Shown: piece after piece, positions 1-8,953 of the stretch
Layout: each line of letters opens with the position of its first letter
Position numbering within the stretch: the first letter of the stretch is position 1
Virus record (IMG/VR): IMGVR_UViG_3300025357_000008
Span: 32,001-96,000 of that record
DNA: 64,000 bases
Direction: 5' to 3' (one strand)
From: a virus
Lineage: Duplodnaviria; Caudoviricetes
Notes under the pieces: model-generated
The model's database searches: none
What the model saw: the letters and a program-made list of their open reading frames with translations, nothing else
Told to the model about the DNA's origin: nothing
Program-made: the position numbers and the translations under genes

Positions 1-26
1 ATTGAAGAACATTTCGGAGTTGAAGA

Positions 27-197
27 ATGAAACCTATATTACATATTATAATTGTTATATCATTCGGTGCGTTATTATTTTGGTTGCTATTTACATCCGA
101 AACTGTGTATGAATGTGTTGATGGTAAGTTATATGCGAGACACCTTAACTATTTGTTAGAAACTAAGTATTATTGTTTGCCGATATCTAAAGATTAA
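27..197 (+). CDS. small membrane-anchored hypothetical protein (56 aa)
   Basis: ATG27..TAA197 translated by hand (MKPILHIIIVISFGALLFWLLF...); overlaps the stop of an upstream truncated ORF ending IEEHFGVEE. Confidence 0.55.
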   Translation: MKPILHIIIVISFGALLFWLLFTSETVYECVDGKLYARHLNYLLETKYYCLPISKD

Positions 198-208
198 AGG
201 AGAAAATC

Positions 209-595
209 ATGGCTGAATGGATAATTGAACCTACAATGAAAAAATCACTTGTTGAGAGATTAGAGTACTTGAATGGTAAAAAGAGAATCGTAGTTGAAAC
301 TGGATGGCGTTGGGGTTCATTCAGTTGCACCACCGAAGGTGATGAGCCACCAGTAATCGAAGAAGGTGATGACCTATATGAGTGCGGATATGATGTTGAA
401 TTGATTGAGACATGGGACGGATGTTGGGAAGAGCATGAGTTCTATGGCTTTACAGAGAAACAGGAAGAGAAGATGCGTGAGTGGTTAGAAGAAAACTCAG
501 CCTTTGATTTAGAAGAAAAAGGTTTTGAATGTGGTGATACTCAAATGATTATTACCTGTGAGCCTGAAATTAAAAAGGTAGAAAATGAGTCCTGA
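209..595 (+). CDS. acidic hypothetical phage protein
   Basis: 128-aa ORF, AAGGAG RBS. Confidence 0.75.
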   Translation: MAEWIIEPTMKKSLVERLEYLNGKKRIVVETGWRWGSFSCTTEGDEPPVIEEGDDLYECGYDVELIETWDGCWEEHEFYGFTEKQEEKMREWLEENSAFDLEEKGFECGDTQMIITCEPEIKKVENES

Positions 596-983
596 ACTAG
601 ACGATAAACTATGCCAGGCATACCCTAAACTATTCTCTCAACGTAATGATGACCCTACTACAACTGCTATGTGTTGGGGATTAGAAGTTGGGGATGGATG
701 GTTTACATTAATAGATAATATGTGCTTCCTCATACAAAACCATATTGATTGGATGGAGAAGAAAAGTATTCCTATTCCTCAAGTGGTTGTAACACAAGTT
801 AAAGAGAAATTCGGCACACTAAGATTCTACTATGATGGTGGTGATGAACACATTGATGGTATTGTAAGACTGGCAGAGTCTATGTCAGGTTCTATGTGTG
901 AGAATTGTGGTGCCGTTGCTAAAACAGAAAACAATAATGGTTGGCTAAGTACTAAGTGTTTAAATTGTAGAGGAGCAAAATAA
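585..983 (+). CDS. conserved hypothetical phage protein (QVKEKFGTLRFY family, C-terminal CxxC..CxxC)
   Basis: GDGWF..I, QVKEKFGTLRFY and CENCG...CLNC motifs, a recurring phage family. Confidence 0.8.
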   Translation: MSPELDDKLCQAYPKLFSQRNDDPTTTAMCWGLEVGDGWFTLIDNMCFLIQNHIDWMEKKSIPIPQVVVTQVKEKFGTLRFYYDGGDEHIDGIVRLAESMSGSMCENCGAVAKTENNNGWLSTKCLNCRGAK

Positions 984-1180
984 TGAAAATTGATTTAAGT
1001 GATGATATGATTGACAAAATTGTGGTTGAGGCATGTACAAACTATAGAAACATATTAAAAGAAGAACTTGCATTGTATGATGAGGATCCGGATAAGTTTT
1101 GGATGCATGATAATGATGTGGTTCATGGCAAACATATGATTGTACACCTCGATGCCGTCATACGAGATTTTGGGGGATAA
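983..1180 (+). CDS. hypothetical protein
   Basis: 65-aa ORF, TAATG coupling with the upstream gene. Confidence 0.65.
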   Translation: MKIDLSDDMIDKIVVEACTNYRNILKEELALYDEDPDKFWMHDNDVVHGKHMIVHLDAVIRDFGG

Positions 1181-1354
1181 ATGTTTGAATTCTTAGAGTT
1201 ATTTTGGATTGAAATCAAAAGCCGTGTATTCTTAATGGTACTTGGTTGTATGATATTTGTGATTGGTTTTTTTAGTCCTCATGTATGCCTAGGAGCATTA
1301 TCGAGAATAAGAGTAATTAAGAAAAGAGATGGAGATTTTGATGTATCGAACTAA
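1181..1354 (+). CDS. small membrane protein (57 aa)
   Basis: Translated by hand: MFEFLELFWIEIKSRVFLMVLGCMIFVIGFF...; fills the gap between neighbours. Confidence 0.5.
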   Translation: MFEFLELFWIEIKSRVFLMVLGCMIFVIGFFSPHVCLGALSRIRVIKKRDGDFDVSN

Positions 1355-1634
1355 TTGGGATGATTTAAATGGTAAAGAGCAATATGTTCAAATTCTAAAA
1401 GATGAAGTTGAAGAACTTAAAACAAGGTTGCGTGAACATGATACCGGACACATCCGTACCACTATTGATGTGATGCAGGATCGCATAGCCGAACTACAGT
1501 TACCACAATGGTCTGTTCATATATACGAGGGTGAAAATGATAATTCGATTGAATCTTTCAACAATTATGGGGATGTAATAAACTATTTGATGAAAAAGAA
1601 ATTTGCACGACAAATTAAAATTGTAAGAAAATAA
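1329..1634 (+). CDS. hypothetical protein
   Basis: 101-aa ORF; true start may be ATG1341 (GGAG upstream). Confidence 0.65.
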   Translation: MEILMYRTNWDDLNGKEQYVQILKDEVEELKTRLREHDTGHIRTTIDVMQDRIAELQLPQWSVHIYEGENDNSIESFNNYGDVINYLMKKKFARQIKIVRK

Positions 1635-1663
1635 TAAATATTAGACCTACAAGGAGAACTATT

Positions 1664-1966
1664 ATGAAAAAGATTTTACTTGCAATTCTATTAGTATCTA
1701 CATTCACCGTTGCTGATGCATGTTGCTATCGAGGATATAATCGTGGTGGTTATTATTGGGGTGGTAATGGTTGGGTAGCACCAGCATTAATTGGTGGTGT
1801 AATCGGTTACGAACTTGCCCGTCCACCATTGTATGTGGAACAACCAGTAATTGTACAACCACCTGTTGTAATTCCGCAACAAACTGTAGCACCAGTTGGC
1901 TACCATTTTGTGACTATTCAGGATCCATCCTGTAATTGCTACAAACAGGCATTAGTACCGAATTAA
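1664..1966 (+). CDS. secreted Pro/Gly/Tyr-rich small protein
   Basis: Sec signal peptide MKKILLAILL...ADA, glycine-zipper-like APALIGGVIG, Pro-rich tail; AAGGAG RBS. Confidence 0.75.
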   Translation: MKKILLAILLVSTFTVADACCYRGYNRGGYYWGGNGWVAPALIGGVIGYELARPPLYVEQPVIVQPPVVIPQQTVAPVGYHFVTIQDPSCNCYKQALVPN

Positions 1967-2028
1967 TGTTGTATACCGACAACAAATTGGTAAATAGTGC
2001 TTGACATTTTCGGTGGTTATGATACAAT
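1967..2028 (+). promoter_or_regulatory. sigma70-type early promoter with upstream TGTTG-N8-CAACA box
   Basis: TGTTG1967-CAACA1984; TTGACA 2001-2006; 16 bp; TGn-TACAAT 2023-2028. Confidence 0.8.
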
Positions 2029-2059
2029 AGAGTTTTAAATGTGTGAATAAAGGTACATT

Positions 2060-3205
2060 ATGATTAAATTGAATGACAATCAACGCCAGTTTGTAGTCGC
2101 CGCTGAAAAGCATTATGGTGCTAATGCCGTCTTAACCAGAGACAATATTAGCCATGTAGTAAGTGAGGAAGATGTATCATATCCTTACTGGTTAACTAAT
2201 CGTACCGAACACCGTGCAGGTCGAGGTACATATCAACTACCAAGTCTAGGTAACACATCAATGAAAACTCCTGAGCCAGAATTAGAAGTTGCATTGTCTG
2301 CCCAAGTGATGGCATTCAAACAACCTAAGTTACTTGATGAATCCGATCCATCAGTACCAGAACCTTATCCTGACTTTGTTCCTTTCGGTTTCTACAATGA
2401 CCTTAGAACTATTATCAAGTCTAAAGATTTCTATCCTGTATTTGTTACCGGCATGTCAGGTAACGGTAAGACCTTGATGGTCGAGCAAGTTTGTGCAACT
2501 TTAAAAAGAGAATGTATCCGTGTTAACATATCTATTGAAACTGATGAGTCCGATTTACTTGGCGGTCCTACTCTGGTCAACGGTAATGTTGTCAATCGTG
2601 ATGGTCCTGTGCTTACAGCTATGAAACGTGGCGCTATCTTGTTGATTGACGAGGTAGACCGTGGTTCTAATAAACTTATGTGTTTACAAGGTATCCTTGA
2701 AGGTAAACCTTACTACAATAAGAAAAACGGTGAGTTAGTGCATCCAGCACCTGGCTTCAACGTAGTTGCTACTGCTAATACTAAAGGTCGTGGCTCTGAA
2801 GAAGGTCGTTACCTGTCTCAAATCCTCGATGATGCGTTCCTTGAGCGTTTTGTAGTTACCGTTGAGCAAGAATATCCTCCCGTATCAACTGAGAAGAAAA
2901 TCCTCAAGCCGTTGATTGATGATGAAGAGTTTGTTGAAAATCTTGTGAATTGGGCTGACGTTGTACGTGCCTCATTCAAGCAAGATGCCGTAGATGAAAT
3001 CATATCTACTCGCCGCCTTGTGCATATTGCCAAGACGTACAAGATTTTCAACGATAGAATGAAGGCGATAGAGTTGTGTGTGAATCGTTTTGATGAGCAA
3101 ACAAAAACTGCCTTCTTAGACCTGTACTCTAAAGTGGATGCAAAGGTTAATCCTCCTGCTCCTGTAGAGCCTACAGCAACACCAACTGATGAAATACCAT
3201 TCTAA
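2060..3205 (+). CDS. cobS: CobS/MoxR-like AAA+ ATPase of T4-like phages
   Basis: Walker A GMSGNGKT, Walker B LLIDEVD, ATANTKG, AFLERF, ISTRRL (CbbQ/NirQ-type C-terminus). Confidence 0.85.
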   Translation: MIKLNDNQRQFVVAAEKHYGANAVLTRDNISHVVSEEDVSYPYWLTNRTEHRAGRGTYQLPSLGNTSMKTPEPELEVALSAQVMAFKQPKLLDESDPSVPEPYPDFVPFGFYNDLRTIIKSKDFYPVFVTGMSGNGKTLMVEQVCATLKRECIRVNISIETDESDLLGGPTLVNGNVVNRDGPVLTAMKRGAILLIDEVDRGSNKLMCLQGILEGKPYYNKKNGELVHPAPGFNVVATANTKGRGSEEGRYLSQILDDAFLERFVVTVEQEYPPVSTEKKILKPLIDDEEFVENLVNWADVVRASFKQDAVDEIISTRRLVHIAKTYKIFNDRMKAIELCVNRFDEQTKTAFLDLYSKVDAKVNPPAPVEPTATPTDEIPF

Positions 3206-3207
3206 GT

Positions 3208-3260
3208 TGTTGTTAAAAAGCAACATAACTATTGACAATTGCCGGTAGTTATGTTACAAT
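3208..3260 (+). promoter_or_regulatory. sigma70-type early promoter with TGTTG-N8-CAACA box and -35-enclosing hairpin
   Basis: TGTTG3208-CAACA3225; TTGACA 3232-3237; 17 bp; TGt-TACAAT 3255-3260. Confidence 0.85.
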
Positions 3261-3305
3261 GAAGTGTGAGTTAAATTATTATTTGTTTTTGAAAAGGAAA
3301 TTAAA

Positions 3306-3620
3306 ATGGCTAAAGATAACAATCGTCACCAAAAGTTTGCCCAAGTTATGCTTACTGGTAAACCTGTAACACCGCAAGACTTTGCTGAAGTATTCAAAGG
3401 CACAGATACAGAACCTGTATTGTACCGTTTGTCTACCTATATCTATGATATTAAAAAGTATGAGCACGGTGTTATCAAAGTAATCAAAAACGGTAGAAAA
3501 GTTCAAGCCTACCAACTGGTAAACTTTGATGAGTTCAATGATGATGGTTCTTACCGTGGTCCTGTAACCGCAGTAAAAGCTCCTGTTGCAGTAGAGCAAA
3601 AAGAACCCCTAGCGGCCTAA
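3306..3620 (+). CDS. hypothetical (possibly DNA-binding) protein ending in ssrA-like LAA
   Basis: 104-aa ORF, AAGGA RBS, first gene after an early promoter; C-terminus EPLAA. Confidence 0.8.
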   Translation: MAKDNNRHQKFAQVMLTGKPVTPQDFAEVFKGTDTEPVLYRLSTYIYDIKKYEHGVIKVIKNGRKVQAYQLVNFDEFNDDGSYRGPVTAVKAPVAVEQKEPLAA

Positions 3621-3669
3621 ATATTAAGAGTGGTGCCTAGTGCACCACGATTAACTAAAGGAGAAAACA

Positions 3670-3909
3670 ATGAATGAATGGGATAAGAGTAATCTGTTAT
3701 TCATTATTCATAGTTCGCACAAGGAATTCGATGCTTGGATGGCTCAGGCAACTCCTGATGATATCAGGTATGCGTTAGAGTTAATTGCACTAGCAAAAAA
3801 AGAAAACACTCGTAGAGCATTGAATATTGATCCACCTCTTGAAGGTAGTAACTTCAAAGAGGCCAAGAATGTATTAAAGAAATTTATGTTAGGTAAAAAG
3901 AATGTATGA
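3670..3909 (+). CDS. hypothetical protein
   Basis: 79-aa ORF, AAGGAG RBS. Confidence 0.75.
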   Translation: MNEWDKSNLLFIIHSSHKEFDAWMAQATPDDIRYALELIALAKKENTRRALNIDPPLEGSNFKEAKNVLKKFMLGKKNV

Positions 3910-4069
3910 ATTGCGTTGGTATGTACCTAAAAGTGATAACGGCATTAAACCCGTCTTACAGTACCGCACTCAATTAGATATGGATGAATGGGATGAACAC
4001 CTAAGAATCAATGTCAGATTAAAAGTGTGGTCAGACTGGAAGAATGTTCCAACTGTAGAGGAAAAATAA
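3902..4069 (+). CDS. small hypothetical protein (55 aa)
   Basis: Translated by hand: MYELRWYVP...VLQYR...WSDWKNVPTV. Confidence 0.6.
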   Translation: MYELRWYVPKSDNGIKPVLQYRTQLDMDEWDEHLRINVRLKVWSDWKNVPTVEEK

Positions 4070-4070
4070 A

Positions 4071-4298
4071 ATGAAATATTCGTTATGTTTTGTTCTTTTA
4101 TTGACTGCCTGTGGTAGTCCTAAACTAAAGAACTATGATGGTCCTGTTGCTATGGATAGAGGCTCAGTTGTATCCGGTGCAAGAGATTGTATCAATGGTA
4201 GAATGAAGCCAGAGGTACAATATGTATCTCAGAAAACACCACAAGGTGTTGTGTTAGTTCCAGTTGAAGTTTTATGTACTCCCTATGCATCAAGGTGA
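4071..4298 (+). CDS. putative lipoprotein
   Basis: Lipobox LLLTAC after a short hydrophobic signal. Confidence 0.65.
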   Translation: MKYSLCFVLLLTACGSPKLKNYDGPVAMDRGSVVSGARDCINGRMKPEVQYVSQKTPQGVVLVPVEVLCTPYASR

Positions 4299-4301
4299 TT
4301 T

Positions 4302-4700
4302 ATGCTTGAACAATTTGGTATTCATCAAGGTACCGCAGAGGTACTAATCATAGTCTGCATGGCTGTAGCGGCCTGCGGTGTCATACTAATGATGTTTTGG
4401 AAATATATTGCCGCAGGTCTTGTAGCTGTATTTTGCCTCTACACATTCGCTCAACGTATACCAGAACAACCAGCAAAAGAAGTTGCAAAGGCAGTCGCAC
4501 CTATCGAAACTGCCGTTGTAGAAGATACAAAGAAAATCCTAGCCGATGCTAAAGAAGAAGAAAGAAAATTCTTTATGCGTGATTGTATGAAGATTGCCGA
4601 TTACACAGAGGATCAATGTAAAGAGCATTGGGAAGACAGACAATCCGAAGAGTTTATGGTAAGAAACGGAAAGGATGAAAAATGGGTAGTCAATCGTTAA
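4302..4700 (+). CDS. membrane protein (2 TM segments)
   Basis: Two hydrophobic segments in the N-terminal half. Confidence 0.7.
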   Translation: MLEQFGIHQGTAEVLIIVCMAVAACGVILMMFWKYIAAGLVAVFCLYTFAQRIPEQPAKEVAKAVAPIETAVVEDTKKILADAKEEERKFFMRDCMKIADYTEDQCKEHWEDRQSEEFMVRNGKDEKWVVNR

Positions 4701-4921
4701 GTAATGAAGAAATACGGCAACTAGCAGGAGACGTTGACGATTTCTTTCATAAAATAGCCCTCACATACAATTGTGATTACATGCAAATGAGTGCTACCAT
4801 ACTCGCCAGATTAGTCAGGTTAGGGTTGGAATCATTCAATGAGGAAGGACTTGAAATGCTATTGGAGTCCGCTCAAAACACGTTAAAACAATCAAAAAAG
4901 AGACCTGGTAGGATGCAATAG
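4682..4921 (+). CDS. hypothetical protein
   Basis: 79-aa ORF, AAGGA RBS. Confidence 0.6.
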   Translation: MGSQSLSNEEIRQLAGDVDDFFHKIALTYNCDYMQMSATILARLVRLGLESFNEEGLEMLLESAQNTLKQSKKRPGRMQ

Positions 4922-4975
4922 TGTTGCTAAAATACAACACAATAGATTGACACTACCAGTTTATTGTGTTATAAT
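4922..4975 (+). promoter_or_regulatory. sigma70-type early promoter with TGTTG-N8-CAACA box and -35-enclosing hairpin
   Basis: TGTTG4922-CAACA4939; TTGACA 4947-4952; 17 bp; TGt-TATAAT 4970-4975. Confidence 0.9.
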
Positions 4976-4994
4976 ATAATTTTAAAGGATAAAA

Positions 4995-5843
4995 ATGAGA
5001 GTAGCACTAGCATCCGATGTACACTTAGAGTTTGGTGATTTGAATTTGAAAAATGATGACAATGCGGATGTATTGTTGTTGGCCGGAGATATTTGTGTTG
5101 CTAAAGAGTTGCCATTTACCGATAGCCGTTATTATGATAGATTTCACGATTTCTTTGCTCGTTGTGCATCCGAATTCAAAGATATAATCTACATTGCCGG
5201 TAACCATGAGCATTATCATGGCACTTATGATGAGACCCATCCTATCATCCGTACCGCACTAGAAAAACACACCAATATCCATGTACTAGACAGAGAACAT
5301 ATTACCATTGGTGATACGTTATTCTTTGGTGGTACATTGTGGACTGATTTCAACAATGAAGATCCAAGTACAATGAGGTCTATCCGTGAGATGATGAATG
5401 ATTTTAGAATCATTTCTGCACCTGGTGACCGTAAGTCCTCTTGGAAAGATGCTGAAGGTAATTTACATTACAGGATTTCCAAATTGACACCTGAAGATGT
5501 ATTAGTTGACCATAAAGACTTCTTAGATAAGTTGAATCAGCTGTTACTTGCACAAAGGCTGTTGAATTCGCATAACAAAGTTGTGGTTGTGGGTCACCAC
5601 TCACCAAGCAAATTGTCTACAAAACCCCAATACGAAGATGATTGGGAAATGAATGGTGGGTATAGTTCAGATTTGAATGACTTTATTATGGATCATCCTG
5701 AGATTAATCTTTGGGTGCACGGACATACCCACCATGCCTTTGACTATATGGTAGGTAAAACACGTATCTTATGTAATCCTAGAGGTTATGTTGGCTATGA
5801 GGTTAATGAAGATGAATTTAAATTGGTGACTGTTGAGGTGTAA
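4995..5843 (+). CDS. calcineurin-like metallophosphoesterase
   Basis: SDVH, AGDI, GNHE, GHH, HGHTH, NPRGY motifs. Confidence 0.9.
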   Translation: MRVALASDVHLEFGDLNLKNDDNADVLLLAGDICVAKELPFTDSRYYDRFHDFFARCASEFKDIIYIAGNHEHYHGTYDETHPIIRTALEKHTNIHVLDREHITIGDTLFFGGTLWTDFNNEDPSTMRSIREMMNDFRIISAPGDRKSSWKDAEGNLHYRISKLTPEDVLVDHKDFLDKLNQLLLAQRLLNSHNKVVVVGHHSPSKLSTKPQYEDDWEMNGGYSSDLNDFIMDHPEINLWVHGHTHHAFDYMVGKTRILCNPRGYVGYEVNEDEFKLVTVEV

Positions 5844-6066
5844 TATGAATAATGCGATTAAAACAATAATTAAAACTGCTACAGGTAGAAACGCCCCCTA
5901 TGACGAGGTAACAACACTTGAACTTGAAAGCATAATTAGATTGACATTGGATGATATTGATGCTATAATATTTGAATTGCATCAAGAATCCGAATCGGAT
6001 AAAGCGATGATTTTAACTGAATTGACTGCAAGAATTATGAAACATTTCTATAGTAAGGAAATTTAA
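5833..6066 (+). CDS. hypothetical protein
   Basis: 77-aa ORF; start probably the second Met (GAGGT RBS). Confidence 0.6.
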   Translation: MRCNMNNAIKTIIKTATGRNAPYDEVTTLELESIIRLTLDDIDAIIFELHQESESDKAMILTELTARIMKHFYSKEI

Positions 6067-6068
6067 AA

Positions 6069-6377
6069 ATGGTTGATAAGACTGAACGTAAGAATAAAGA
6101 CCGTAAGATTTTCATTGTTGAATCGGTAAGTATGTTTCGGTTAAGATATGCGGTGTTTGCAACCTGTGCAGAAGATGCAATGGATGAATTCACATTGAGG
6201 ACAGAGGATGCAGATTTCCATGAGATGTCACAACAACATATTGGTGAGAATATTATATCTGTTCGCAAAGTATCAGAGAAAAAATTCTTAAAACAATACG
6301 ACAATGACAATGGTCCTTGCACTTGGACTGACGACCAGAAACTGGGGGTAATAAACGTAATTGATTATGAAGAGTAA
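6069..6377 (+). CDS. hypothetical protein
   Basis: 102-aa ORF, AAGGA RBS. Confidence 0.7.
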   Translation: MVDKTERKNKDRKIFIVESVSMFRLRYAVFATCAEDAMDEFTLRTEDADFHEMSQQHIGENIISVRKVSEKKFLKQYDNDNGPCTWTDDQKLGVINVIDYEE

Positions 6378-6540
6378 CATTAGGGAAATTAAAACCTATG
6401 ACGGTAAACAACACCGTAGCCGTGACCCATACGATACTAGATTACAAACTGAAGTAAAGGTTGATAAACTGTATCAATGTATGGATTGCGGTGAATACAT
6501 GACAAAGAAACCTGAAGAGCATATTTGCAAAAAATCATAA
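6367..6540 (+). CDS. small putative Zn-finger protein (57 aa)
   Basis: Translated by hand: ...YQCMDCGEYMTKKPEEHICKKS; TAATG coupling with the next gene. Confidence 0.5.
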   Translation: MKSNIREIKTYDGKQHRSRDPYDTRLQTEVKVDKLYQCMDCGEYMTKKPEEHICKKS

Positions 6541-7145
6541 TGAATACATTACAAAATTACCTATCACTAGACCTTGAGTTGAATAATGCTGAGGATGGAT
6601 CTACGCCTAATCCAAAAATAATTCAAGTAGGTATAGCGGTAGGTTCATATGAAGATTACTTTAATGGTACGTTGTACAAACAGAAATGGTACATAGACCC
6701 ACAAGAGGCAATCTTTCCGTTTATCACAGAACTAACTGGTATAACTGATGATGATATTGCCAGAAATGCCGTACCACATGAGCATGTAGCAAAAGAACTG
6801 AGTGCATTAATCAAGGCAAGAGATTGCTTTGTTAATCCTATCACATGGGGTGGTGGTGATTCTGTTGAATTAAAAGATGAATTCAAAGCAAGAGGTATAT
6901 ACTTTCCTTGTTTCGGTCGTAGATGGATAGATGTGAAAACATGGTATACATTTTTGAGATTTTCTAAAGGTCAAGAGGCTAAAGCAGGACTAAAGTCTGC
7001 CGTGCGTGAGTTTAAATTAAATTTTGATGGCGAACCTCATCGTGCAGATGATGATGCATTAAATACATTGAGATTGTTTTTCAAGTTCTTAGAATTACAA
7101 GGTGAGATGAATATCGTTATTAATATGGCAAAGAGGATACAATGA
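6540..7145 (+). CDS. DEDDh 3'-5' exonuclease (DnaQ/ERI-1/KapD-like)
   Basis: ExoI LDLE, ITELTGI, WGGGD, ExoIII HRADDDA. Confidence 0.85.
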   Translation: MNTLQNYLSLDLELNNAEDGSTPNPKIIQVGIAVGSYEDYFNGTLYKQKWYIDPQEAIFPFITELTGITDDDIARNAVPHEHVAKELSALIKARDCFVNPITWGGGDSVELKDEFKARGIYFPCFGRRWIDVKTWYTFLRFSKGQEAKAGLKSAVREFKLNFDGEPHRADDDALNTLRLFFKFLELQGEMNIVINMAKRIQ

Positions 7146-7804
7146 AGATATACAAAAGCAATTACAGAGACCATTGGGTTTCTCCCTATACAATACTTGA
7201 GAAGGTTTGTTTTTGGGAAAAAGATACTGACGTATTCTATGAAGACGGTGGTGTATACGAAAAGATAACCGACTTATTGGTGCCTGTTTCTAAGGCAATG
7301 AAATGGGTACTAAACCTCATCTATCCAAGAATCAACTATGTTAAGATTGACCGTTGGGATACTTATTCAATGGATCATACATTGGGTGACATTATTTTAC
7401 CAATGTTAAGACAATTGAAAGAAAAAAATCATGGTGCACCATATGTTGATGACGAAGATGTGCCATATGAATTAAAATCTATCAATGATTCACCATATGT
7501 TAAAGAATACAGTATTGATGAATGTAGGCATTTTGCTCGATGGGATTATGTAATGAATCAAATGATATTTGCCTTTGAATGTAAGGTTGATGATTCATGG
7601 GAAGATTTGTTCCGTTCCGGTAAACATGATATGAAAAGTGTACCATGTCAATGGGATGAAAACGGTAAACCAACAATGCACACCTTTGAAAAAGGTCCTA
7701 ATGATACCTATGTGTGTGACTATGAAGGCATAAGAGAGTATGAAAAGCGTATACAGAATGGTTTTAGACTATTCGGTAAATATTATCAAAACTTATGGGA
7801 TTAA
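7142..7804 (+). CDS. conserved hypothetical phage protein
   Basis: 220-aa ORF with recurring phage motifs DTYSMDHTL and GFRLFGKYYQNLWD. Confidence 0.8.
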   Translation: MKIYKSNYRDHWVSPYTILEKVCFWEKDTDVFYEDGGVYEKITDLLVPVSKAMKWVLNLIYPRINYVKIDRWDTYSMDHTLGDIILPMLRQLKEKNHGAPYVDDEDVPYELKSINDSPYVKEYSIDECRHFARWDYVMNQMIFAFECKVDDSWEDLFRSGKHDMKSVPCQWDENGKPTMHTFEKGPNDTYVCDYEGIREYEKRIQNGFRLFGKYYQNLWD

Positions 7805-7807
7805 ATT

Positions 7808-8080
7808 ATGAAGGTAAAAATTTATAAGAGTGAATGGCATCAAATGGAAAGAAAATATGTTGTCGAAATTGATGAAGATTTGGTCAATGAACTTTATCCC
7901 GATAACACCAAAAAGAAAAACAAAGAAATTCTAAAAGGTTTAAAAGATGGCACCACAGATATTGATGAGTTTATGGGTGATGCTTTTGGTGAGATAGATA
8001 TTGATTGGGACCATGTGGAAGATGATTTATGGACGGACCGTAAAGGCGGATATGAAATAACTTATGAGGTAGAACAATGA
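7808..8080 (+). CDS. hypothetical protein
   Basis: 90-aa ORF in a compact operon. Confidence 0.7.
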   Translation: MKVKIYKSEWHQMERKYVVEIDEDLVNELYPDNTKKKNKEILKGLKDGTTDIDEFMGDAFGEIDIDWDHVEDDLWTDRKGGYEITYEVEQ

Positions 8081-8499
8081 ACAAGTATATACATGAAAGA
8101 TATGAAAATAAACTCGGCTATGGGCAAGTAAGTCAGACTGCACGAGATGAAAGAAATTATGAAAACTATGCCGGCGAACATGTTTCAACGGAAGAAATAT
8201 TGAGAAAACGTAGTTATGCACAGAGTTACCAAGAAAGCCAAGTTGCGGAACCTAAAATTTCTCTAATGGAAATGCTTACTATTATTGAAAAGTCTTTAGA
8301 TGTATTGGGTGAGCATATGCAAACATTGAATCTTAATTTCTTTCCAGTAATGAGAAGTGGTATTGGTTTGGAAGCAAAACAGGAAGCCGTAACGAGACCT
8401 CATCATTCAGAAGCGGTATTATACGCAATCAATATTAATGAAAAAATTGGTGAGTTACAGGACAGAGTTTTACAAATGTTGGATAGGAATGAACTATGA
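8077..8499 (+). CDS. hypothetical protein
   Basis: 140-aa ORF, ATGA overlap, GAGGT RBS. Confidence 0.65.
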   Translation: MNKYIHERYENKLGYGQVSQTARDERNYENYAGEHVSTEEILRKRSYAQSYQESQVAEPKISLMEMLTIIEKSLDVLGEHMQTLNLNFFPVMRSGIGLEAKQEAVTRPHHSEAVLYAININEKIGELQDRVLQMLDRNEL

Positions 8500-8693
8500 G
8501 TGAGAAAATGAGTCTAGAAGAATTTCTAAATCACAATGCACCATCAGAAGAGGCTATTGAAGAGATTGCTTTCAATACACTATCAAGACGGTATATTAAT
8601 AAAGAAGAAATTGATTTCAATATTGAATTTAACAAAGCAGTCGATGCGTTAGTGAATGAAATGTACCGTTTATATGTGGAGTCTGATGAATGA
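8496..8693 (+). CDS. hypothetical protein
   Basis: 65-aa ORF, ATGA overlap. Confidence 0.6.
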   Translation: MSEKMSLEEFLNHNAPSEEAIEEIAFNTLSRRYINKEEIDFNIEFNKAVDALVNEMYRLYVESDE

Positions 8694-8953
8694 TGTCTTT
8701 AATACATTTATTGTCCGCTAAACGTAGGTTAAAAGAGTTGCAAAAAACTGTTACTATGTTAAAGCATGACAAGTATAAAGAAGATGATGTACCGACAATG
8801 ATACTTGCACAAAGAGATTTTGTTAAGTTAGAAGTAGAATACTATCAAGATGAGGTAAGAAATCTTTTAGCGTATACTCTTTTTGCCATAGGCGTTTTGT
8901 TTCTTATCGGGGTGGCTTCGTATCCGTTTCTTATTAACTATGGAGTAATATAA
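8690..8953 (+). CDS. membrane protein (C-terminal TM)
   Basis: Hydrophobic C-terminal helix. Confidence 0.65.
   Translation: MMSLIHLLSAKRRLKELQKTVTMLKHDKYKEDDVPTMILAQRDFVKLEVEYYQDEVRNLLAYTLFAIGVLFLIGVASYPFLINYGVI

Noticed and set aside
2060-3205. Real cobalamin-synthesis role for cobS
   Set aside because: Only the AAA+ family is supported; no cobT/cobN or other cob genes in the window
3630-3648. GTGGTGC/GCACCAC hairpin as terminator
   Set aside because: No U-tract follows; may be a processing or stability hairpin but function is unsupported
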